Shown here: piece by piece, positions 30,166-55,377 of the stretch
Layout of the letters: the number at the start of each line of letters is the position of its first letter
Position numbering within the stretch: the first letter of the stretch is position 1
DNA from: Chrysomallon squamiferum
Lineage: Eukaryota; Animalia; Mollusca
DNA length: 64,000 nucleotides
Assembly (NCBI GenBank): GCA_012295275.1
Contig: CM022673.1
Span: forward strand, 1,116,001-1,180,000
Direction: 5' to 3'
Position numbers and translations under genes: made by a program
Notes under the pieces: model-generated
What the model saw: only the letters and a program-made list of their open reading frames with translations
What the model was told of the DNA's origin: nothing
Database searches by the model: none

Positions 30166-30208
<43 letters not shown>

Positions 30209-30574
30209 ATCTCTGTCTATATATATATATTATTATTGTTGTTATTCTTCTTATTATTACTATTATTATTATTATAATTATTAGAAGAAGAACAAGAAGA
30301 AATTAAAACCAAATAATAATTTATAAAAAAAGAAAAAAGTGACGGTGTTAATCTCCATCAATGGCGTGGCGCGTGTCATCCCACGCACAAACTACGTGAG
30401 AGTAATTTGAGAAGATCGATCTTTGACCTGTGATCAGCAACTGTTTCAGCTACCTATACTAACTGGGGAAAATGCAAAACGATGAAACAAGGAAATTCTG
30501 CTTCTCTGTCTTGATAATCACCTTTTTTTACCTGTCGTGGGCTTCCTTTGGCAGTTTCGTATTCAGGACATCTG

Positions 30575-30583
30575 TATATAAAG
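30575..30583 (+). promoter_or_regulatory. TATA box of the cytokine-like gene
   Basis: TATATAAAG lies ~90 nt upstream of the ATG at 30669, in a CpG-retaining block. Confidence 0.6.
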
Positions 30584-30668
30584 ACGATGGAACTGAAATG
30601 AAATTAGATTTGAAAAATAAGTTAAACAGGTAACGAGTTGTCTTTGTCAGCGTAAGCTTTATCTCATA

Positions 30669-32946
30669 ATGAACTCGTTTCAGTGTAAGTAGTTTAATTA
30701 TTGCTAATATCAAGTTAGTTTATGTTGAATTTGTTATTTATTATTTCACACACACATATCATCGTAATTAATAAAATTATTGTTAAATATTTTCTCCAAA
30801 ACGTATTCCAAATTATTTATTTGTTTACTTAAATATTTGTACAGTCTATTAAAGTTATAACTTTATATTTTTTAAATTATCCAGATATTCATAGAGTAAA
30901 TAATACTTATATTTATAATAAATAATTTGAAAAGCTCATTTAACAATAATTTAAGTAATTAACGGGATAACATTTTTACAAAATAAATAAATAAATTATC
31001 ATATTTACTGCACTGTTATTATATACATATAAGTACAAATTTAAATCATTACAAAGCTAATTTATTTGATAATAAATATATCAGATACATCACTGATTAG
31101 AAAAACACGATAAAAGATGTTTTCGTTGATCAATGTCAAAAAGAAATGTATTTTACTTTACTTTATTTTATTTATTTATTTATTTTTATACTTACTTGCT
31201 TACTTATTTTTACGCTTTTTGTTGTTGTTGTTTTGGGTTTTTTGTTTGATCTTTATGGGTTTTTTTTTAATGATTCTTATTTCGATTCTATTAGTAATAA
31301 ATAAAAAGGATAAAAAAAAAAATATTAATGACATTTGTATGAATGACAAGGTAACAACTACTGTTATTTAAATAAAATGACTATGTTAATGATAATGATG
31401 ATAATTATAATGACGGTGATGATGAAAATATCATTAATAATAACTAATTTTACCACATTTTTAAGTGTAGACTTGAATTTATAAAAAAAAAAAAAAAAAA
31501 TCATTATTAAATTAAATAATAAGTTATTTTTTGAAATAATAAATAAATTTACATCTATTTTATTTATATTATTTGTCTTCAGACATCTGCATTTTGGTCG
31601 TCTGCGCCACAACGAAGATGTCGTTTTCCAACGTCATTCCGTCAACTGTATCCAACGAGCCGGTGACAGCCCCCACAACGTTGTCCAGTCAGGAAGTTGC
31701 GTCTCTGAAACTGATCTTTGGAAACTGTACAACTCTGCTTCATATTGCTGAAAGTAACATGAACAACACTTTTAACTATGTGGTAAGCTTCTTCTTCTTC
31801 TACCTAATTATTATGAGTGTTGTTATTGTTGTTGTTGTTATTATTATTATTATTATTTTCTTTTCCTTTTTTTTTCTTCTTTTTTTTTTCGGTTATTCGG
31901 TTAAATATATAGAAAGAAAAAAGTTTTGTTCACAACACACAAACACGTAATAAAACTTATAATAACAATTATGTGCTAAGACATTTTGAATAATTATTTT
32001 CCATTTTAAGGTTTATATTTTAATGGCAATGATTCAGTTAAATTACTTTTAAAAACACGAGAAATTTTTTTTTTTAATTTTTAATTTTTTTTTTAATTTA
32101 ATATTAACTGCATTTGACATTGATTAATTTTATTTTTTACCACAACGCTTCTAGTTATTATTACTGTCGTTGCTGTTGTTATTCTTCTTATTCATATAAT
32201 TATTATTATACTGACATTTTACTATTTTAAAACATTTATTCGTATATTTGAGGGTGGTGATTCTTATCTGCCTTTCTGCAGAGGTCCATGGATATTCAGA
32301 AACATTTTTATCCTCTGTACGTCCTTATTTTATTATTTCATGTTTTGGTTTGTGAAACTTATTTCTCATCCTTTATCATATCTCTTGTTTTAGTGCAAAC
32401 GTTGGTGTGAATCATATAATCAACCGGCGGTCACGTGCTGCAGTACTATTCACTCATTGGCTGCTACCGGTGATAATCAAAATAGTGAGGACGAAAAAAC
32501 GTCTTCGTCAGAGGTATTTAAGATTTATAAACTAAATTATTTTTAGTATTAATTATTTCAGTTAGTACAGTAACATTATTAAATATAATTTAACATTTCT
32601 TTTATATAATTTAACTTTTCATCTTAGATTACTTACGATTTTTTTCTTCTTCTTCTTCTTACTATTATTATTTTTAAATTGTTCAAATAGGATAAACTGG
32701 AACAGATTTACACTACGGTCAACAAATACCGAGAAATCGTACAAATTCTAGCCCAACACGCGGAGAAGAACCTCTGCCAAATCCACTGGTCACGGGGTAT
32801 TCCCTGTGTGTACCCGACAAACTGTGTGACGACAAAGGACGATAAAGAGAAAACATTCTGTTACTATCGAAATGTAAAAATTAACATGGATAGTGTGTGG
32901 TTACTTCTGAAAGACGCTGTAAGTAATTAAAATAAATAATTAAGTA

Positions 32947-32992
<46 letters not shown>

Positions 32993-33384
32993 TAAATAAC
33001 ATATTTTTTTTTTTTTTTTATATATATTTTTTAGGGGTGTTGGGGGTTTTCTTTTCTTAATAAACAACAAACAAACCAACAACAAAAAAACAAAACAAAA
33101 AACCCCTACGAAATAGCAAAATTATTATTATTGTTATATTGCTCTTGTTGTTCTTGTTGTTTATTTTTCTTTCATTCTTTTTCTAATTAATTAAAAATGT
33201 ATTTTATTTTCTGTTATAGCTGAACTTAATAAATCGTGAGTCACAAACGGTAACGTCATCCACATCAGAAGATCCCAGTGGCGAAATGATGGAAGGACTG
33301 GCTGACTTAATGAATCTATCACGTGCCCTGATTACCATACAGGAAGTTACCACATCTTTGAAGACTCTCCAGAATTGGGACTAG
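30669..33384 (+). CDS. Secreted 242-aa protein, 5 exons; putative long-chain four-helix-bundle (IL-6/G-CSF/GH-like) cytokine
   Basis: Exons 30669-30684 (ATG AAC TCG TTT CAG T|gtaagt), 31583-31782, 32394-32513, 32691-32918, 33220-33384 (TAG). All have canonical splice sites, phases 1,0,0,0, and no internal stop. Protein: MNSFQYICILVVCATTKMSFSNVIPSTVSNEPVTAPTTLSSQEVASLKLIFGNCTTLLHIAESNMNNTFNYV|CKRWCESYNQPAVTCCSTIHSLAATGDNQNSEDEKTSSSE|DKLEQIYTTVNKYREIVQILAQHAEKNLCQIHWSRGIPCVYPTNCVTTKDDKEKTFCYYRNVKINMDSVWLLLKDA|LNLINRESQTVTSSTSEDPSGEMMEGLADLMNLSRALITIQEVTTSLKTLQNWD*. The gene model is well supported; the family call is inference. Confidence 0.85.
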
Positions 33385-34914
33385 GCCCTCTAATATGAGT
33401 GTATCAGAGATGCATTGAAAATTGAATGGAAGATAACGATCGTGAAAAAGATGTGTTACTAAAAATAATTATTTGATTTTTCTATACTATACATAAATTA
33501 TTTTCTTATTTATTTTTGACTTTATCATATGCTCCACAAAAAAAAAAAAAAAAAAAAGAAAAAAAAAAGAAAGAAAGAAAGAAAGGAAACAAAAGATAGC
33601 TTCACATAGATCCATCACGAATCGGAAAACCTGTAAGCATTTAAATATGTTAGAAAAACTTGTATTTAAATGTTTAAAATTAATTGGAATATTCGTATTA
33701 CATAAGTCCCAATAGCTTATATTTTTGAACTATACTCTGTGTATTGATGCTTCAGAATTAAATAATTCAAAAAGATGGGTGGGTCCGTACTTTATAGAGT
33801 AAAACAAAGTTTAAGATGTACGGTATTTTATATATTATGTATTGTTGTTGTTGTTGTCATTATTATTATTATTATTATTACTGATCAAGTTTAGCTATAG
33901 CAGAAAACATAATACGTCATTATTTAAAAAATACCATACAGTTTCGTAAAATTAGTTATATATTCAGTTTCGTTTCGCCTGCAGTTTGAATACAAGTTGT
34001 AGGCATTTTCTTTTTCTTCTTTTCTTTCTTTTTTTATTATTACGTTTTTGTTTACTAACAGTTGTGTGTCTTTGTGTATAACATTTTGTGTACAATAATA
34101 GCTGTTTTGTGGTATTATTTTTTATTTTTTACTATTACTACTACTGCCGCTACTACTAATACTACTGCTACTAATATTACTACAACATTTTGTATTTTTT
34201 GTATCAATTTCAGAAAGGTTTTTTAAGCGATAGTTACAACAGTGTTTTAGTAAGATGTTAAATTGTGTGTTGTATGCTGTATTTAATGTACAGAGACTCT
34301 TCAAACGTATTTTGCATTGATTAATAATTGGAAAACAATGTAAATGTCAATGTATGCAATATTTTGTGAATTAGATTTACTTTTTTTTTCATCTCATACA
34401 TCTACCTTTAATATGCTGATGTAATTATAATATTTTATAAATTAGACTTATTATTGTTATTTTTTTTTAAAATTCTCATTTTTATCTATAAAAATTGCAT
34501 GTTATTAATAATTTCATCAACAATAATTTTAAAAAAGCATTTATTTATTTATCTATTTTTCATTTATTTTATTCTTAACAATAAACCAGTTATAATAAAT
34601 TCGTAACTTAATAAACTGAACTAATTATTAATTAAATGAAGTTTGTGAGTTTATATAGTAAGACATACTGTCTAACATATACCGTTGTGTAATTAGTTAA
34701 ATTAATGTAATCTGTTTCTTCTTCTTCTTATTATTATTATTTACTAATATTTGTATGTCTTTTTGATGGAGCATTTCCATTTTTGTTATTTTTAAAAACT
34801 TTTTGTATCACATTTACTTTTAAAATGTACACATCTTTTTATCTCAATAAAGCATTTATATTTTTATTTGGCTTTCTGACTTGAGTTTGTTCTGAACAAA
34901 AGATGAAATAATAA

Positions 34915-34956
<42 letters not shown>

Positions 34957-37269
34957 CCCTCCAAAAAAACAATACAAACTTGACAACCTAGTTATATGTA
35001 TTATAAAACACTATGTATATTTGCATGTACTTACGTATTATTAGTACTTACTTTTATTAATAGTTCAAGTACTATTATTAATATTTTATTACTGTTATTA
35101 TTTTTTTTAAATATTCATGTCCTGTTCCTCAAATATTTATTGATATATTTTTAATTTTTAGATCAAAGCTGCAGCAGAAAAAACAAATTGTTTTTTTTTT
35201 TTTTTTTTTTTTTTAAGTACTTGGAGTATTGTAATAACAAATTTGTTTCATCAGAAAATATTTATGATTTCTTCATTAATCTGAAAGGAATAGTAACAAA
35301 ATAAATAAATATCTAGATGGCCTATACTTTCAACACTGCCATTTCATGGAACTGTATTCTGGATTTTGGAAAGTTCCAAACAAATCCTGAAAACACACAA
35401 AATTTGAAATTACAGCCATTTCCCACTTGAAACTGTTGGTACTGTTGAGTTATTCCAAGTCCCACTGTGTGATCACAGCAGTGCTCTCAACCCAAGTTCC
35501 ATCCAGGAAACAGTAAATTTTAAAATGATATCTGTAACCATCTTAACCTAACACACTTCACCCAACCTAGCCTACGTTTTTCTACTGTACATTTTCTTTA
35601 CAGTAACAGCATGACATTTGTTTACGTTGTTTTTAGGTCTGTATATTGTTCTTACATTATTTTATTACTTCATAACATAGCTGCTGTGTTCTAAAGTTTA
35701 ATTTTTTTGTAAATTTTAGGGTTAATATTTACATTTCTGATTTTCCAAACCGGTGCTCCTCTGTTAGTCTGAAGTTGAGAATCAACAGTTTATTTAAATA
35801 AAACCAGTTATAGTAAATTCTAGTTTTCTGAAATCTGGGTAATCCTTGTCAAAGACACACACACACACAACAGACTGAGATATTTTATCTCAGATATGTG
35901 GTACATACAACAATTAAGCCAATTATTGTAAGAACAACAAACACAAAATAAAAAGAGGCAGTAATTTATAATCATATAAAATAACAGTTATATGTACAAA
36001 GCACATTATGAATAATGAATTCTATTGCTGGTTTTGTTTTTGTTTTTTTTACTTAAATATGTGCAAAAATAAGTTTAATAATATATATATATATATATAT
36101 TTATATATGTATTTATTTATTAACAGTGATGTACATAGGTCTTCCCATGCCATTATTGCCAGATAAGTTTTAAAAAATAATAATTACAGACATGAAATTT
36201 CGAAAAGTTTAATTTTTAATTATATACAGATGAAAAATGACTGCACAAGATAGGTAAACTTAATTATTTATCAACTTGTAGTAGAAACATCCAGAAAATG
36301 ATTCCAAATGCCTGCCCTTGATTATCACAGCCACAAGAAAGTCTAATCCCTTATGATGATGAAGTATTAAACCTCACTTTGTTTAAATAGAATTCTACAA
36401 TCACACACTGTTCTTAAGTATTAACCAATTAAAAAAATATATATATATAATAATAATAATAAAATATAAAAAAAAATTAAAAAAATAAAAACAGTTAATA
36501 ATAAATGAATTAATAAATATTTTGTGATTCAGATAAATTAAGACCCAGACCTGTTTCAATGGATAGTAAAACTGAACTCGCTGGAGTAATTTGTTGTCAC
36601 CTGTGTCCATTGGCAGATTTGTGTTTGGTGTGTATTGCCCTATCTTTTTGGGAATGTGTTACACAAACAGCAGACTGCTAATTACAACAGGTTTTCAAGT
36701 AAGATCAACAGTTTTCAGCATTGTTTATTTCATTTAACAACAGGCATGAATAAGTTTGGCCAACAGGTATAACTATACAATATGTCTGTGTTTGTGTATA
36801 TACATGTATGCATGCATGTATGTATGTATGTATCAAAATCAGTGTGACAAAAATCTGAAGATGGCCATCTTATATATCTTGGGGACAAACAGAGGTGGTC
36901 ATGAAAGCATTTTACTGCATAATTATTTGACTGAATTTACTGTTGAACAAAAGTCACAAAAAATGTATGTGTTGGTTAAGATCAGAGGACAGTGTAGATT
37001 TATGCAATGTGAGTAGGGAGAAGAATACAGCATGGGACATAATAATTTCAAGTTATCTCTATTAACAAATTCACATCTGAATACAAACATCTACCTCTTC
37101 AATATAACTTTCGGTTTACCAATTCCTTAAGGAAGGAAATGGAAAACAAGGATTTATGGATATACATATCTTTCAATTTAAAATAAATGACTGAGTGGTA
37201 TAAAAATTTCAGATTTTCATAATTTTTTTTATTATAATTTAAGAATTGTAAAATGCCATTCACAATATA

Positions 37270-37275
<6 letters not shown>

Positions 37276-37350
<75 letters not shown>
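37276..37350. repeat. (GA)n microsatellite
   Basis: Pure AG run of about 75 nt downstream of the Su(H) stop. Confidence 0.95.
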
Positions 37351-37353
<3 letters not shown>

Positions 37354-38723
37354 AATTATTAAAATCAAAAATAATCAACAGATAAAACATCACTGACCAA
37401 ATGGAAACCTGCAGGTATGCTTTTTAACTGAAAAGTAAAACAATAATATAAATAATAAAACCTGAAAACAACACAAAAAAATATGAGGTTGAATGGTTGC
37501 AAGCATGTACATGTTGGACTGGCTCTTTGTTTTATAAATCACTAGACTACAATCTATAAGATGTGTTAAAAAATCTGTTTCACATCTGCCCAGTTCTGTT
37601 CATCAGTTTGTAACAACAGAAATGAAACAATTTAAAAACCAATTAATTTAATAACGAAGGCAGAATGCCTTTGTGACTGAAGATGACAACTGCACACAGC
37701 TCAGTGCATTTCAGGTTTTACATTACTGACAGGAATTAAAGGATGGTAGATGTTAATTTTGTAATCATGACAATGCCTGTGCAGCTATTCAATAATGCTA
37801 TCATGTACACTTGCATAACACAGAACCAAGTGCATACAAAATAATAAATCATAATCAAAATTAAAATGTGCTAATGATGATGCTGTCTTAAGAGGAACTG
37901 AGAAATGAAGGTTTTGAAAATGGTGGAAATAAAAGAGAATTATTGGAGCATATATTATAAAAATATTATTAATTAATGTTTTTTTTTCTTTTCTTGGGAC
38001 AATTTTGGCATATGCAGAACACGTATTCTGACTATTTGTTTGGGGACCAGTCTTTATCACATCCCTGAGAACAAAAGTTAAAAAAAAATTAATTTGTTAG
38101 ATTGTAAGTGCTTACAATTTGTGTGTATCTCAGTTTGTCCATTATTAGAGAAACTGAAATAACTACTGACTTTTATGTTAAAAAAAGAAAGAAAAGAAAT
38201 TTAATAAATTGAGGAATTTTTTTTTTTTTTCAAAGTTTTAAAATTTTTGACTGTATCCTCGTTTCAAATCTTATATATAAGCTTATATACACACTGGAAT
38301 CAGATAGTCATCATTATTAATTGCATCAAATTTTTTTGTATAAAATCTGAATTTTAAAGTTAATGAGTAGAGGTATATGTGAAAATTAACCGATATTGCC
38401 GTTACACACTGAACATTTGTTTTGATAGTCCCATTTTGTTGAAAATGATTTTGACTTGGGCTGTTTTACAGGACAAGTACGACACACTGCATGAATGGAG
38501 CTCAGATTAACAACATTATGTTCTAGATGCCATAAACCACTAAGTCAAGATGTCAAGTCTTGAATTTTTTCTTTTCTTCTTTCTTGATTGTTTTAATAAA
38601 AAAATTAAAAAAATTATAGTAAAAAAATGAAAAGAAGCTGACAGTGTAACACGAAGGCACAAGAGAGTCCAGCACTTCTTGCACTGACTTGTAAAACTTT
38701 CCTCAACTAACCAGCGATAAAAA

Positions 38724-38758
<35 letters not shown>

Positions 38759-38980
38759 AAAAGCACTTATTATTTTTTTTTTTCTTTCTTTCTTTCCCCT
38801 TCAGTTTTTGGTTTCTTGGATAAATGGATTTTGTAACTTCACAGTTCTCATTTTTCGGCTGCAGAAATTATCACATCACAACAGCAATTAAAAATGTTTG
38901 CCAATTATCACAAGATATTAGAAATGTTTGATGTGGAGTCTGGGCTGGCTGTTGTGTTATGTCTGAAAGCTTCGTCCACT

Positions 38981-54091
<15,111 letters not shown>

Positions 54092-55377
54092 TATAAAGCA
54101 TTAAGTTACAACTGGCCCTCTTGTATCAGATCTCAACTTTATGAACAACACACTAGCATCCTCTTTATTTCTCCCGTTAGCGAAATTACACAGATTAAAT
54201 CCTTACTTATTACTCTGTAATGTTGTGCAAGTCAACAACAAAAAATATATTTACGTATGTCTTTTACTACTTGTTATATATCTTAAAACTTGATGCAAAA
54301 CTTTGAAAGAGACACTCGTGGGAAAATCCAGTTGTAATTGACATCGTGAGAACAAAGATGCCCTGCTATTCGATTCAGTTCACTCACTTGACGGTAACCA
54401 AAAAATAAGACAACACACTATATTCAGTCAAATAACGAGTTAAAATGTATGCCGTTTTATTAATAATGATTATATTTCAGTATCTGAGTCAAAATATTAG
54501 ATTATAACTCAAATTAATTAGACTTATGCGTATTGTACGTCAACAATGTAAAACAAAGGCGGCGAACAGAACAGCCATTTTCCCATGTTCGGGACAAAGC
54601 CCATTGGTACATTCCTTATAAGGAATGCAGGTGTTCCCACGACAGTCAACCGGTTATGCTTGGCTGGTTGCAAATGACAAGCGATCATGTCTTAGCTGAG
54701 ATGTGATTTCACACTCTGCTATGTCTGCTTTTCTGATAAATTACACATACTGTCTAAGAAAGATCAAAACATTAGTGGCTAATATATTACGTATTTTTCA
54801 TTCAACTTCTAGGTCGATCAGTGCATCATTACCACCTATCGCTTCATCAGTTCATGAGTTTGATTTTTTCCTCCCTAGCCTAAACTAGACTTCGCAACAC
54901 AAAATGTTGTTTTGCAGATTGATCGATGACCTTACAATTATTTGCACCTATAACTGGGTACTTACAAAATGACTCTTGCAATGTCGATATAGCTCCCGTG
55001 TTGTACGTTGAGGTTTCGGAACTTGACACTTCTTCAATATCTGAAAGGCTTCAGCAAAAAGACATTATGTCAATGCCTTATTGACTTTTGGAGATAATTA
55101 TTCAAAGAAATGCAATAAACGAATTCATTGCTTTAAATTTATAAAATATTGTCAAGCAAACAAATAATTATGTATCGAATAATTTATAACTTTTGACAAA
55201 TACACGAAAAACTTTCCAGCAATATGGCCGAAATATTCACCACACATGCGCATGTTTTTGTTCCTATTTCCGGTATTGAGAAAGGTGTTGTTGGACAGAT
55301 GTCATTTCGTTTTGTAAAAAATATTTAACATTATAAATTTTATATAGATACAAATAATCTATTTCGCTAAATTAATC
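54092..55377. promoter_or_regulatory. Divergent (head-to-head) promoter region of Su(H) and MINDY
   Basis: The start codons are ~1.3 kb apart and CpG is retained. YY1-like GCCATTTT (54574) and AATATGGCCG (55221), NRF1-like CATGCGCATG (55245), ETS ATTTCCGGT (55266), CCAAT (ATTGG, 54603). Confidence 0.75.
54317..54641. promoter_or_regulatory. Cluster of CSL/Su(H) binding sites
   Basis: CGTGGGAA 54317-54324, CGTGAGAA 54345-54352 and TTCCCACG 54634-54641 match YGTGRGAA; a variant TTCCCATG is at 54580-54587. Confidence 0.7.

Noticed and set aside
30669-30683. N-terminus MNSFQ resembles human IL-6 MNSFS
   Set aside because: Four residues of a signal peptide are most likely coincidence and are not used as evidence of homology.
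31573-31950. 125-aa single-exon ORF with a hydrophobic tail (apparent membrane protein)
   Set aside because: Only 31583-31782 is exonic; the tail is read-through into a T-rich intron after the GTAAGC donor.
33385-34860. ATTTA pentamers in the cytokine-like 3' UTR as AU-rich instability elements
   Set aside because: ATTTA is ubiquitous in this AT-rich sequence, so enrichment cannot be claimed by eye.
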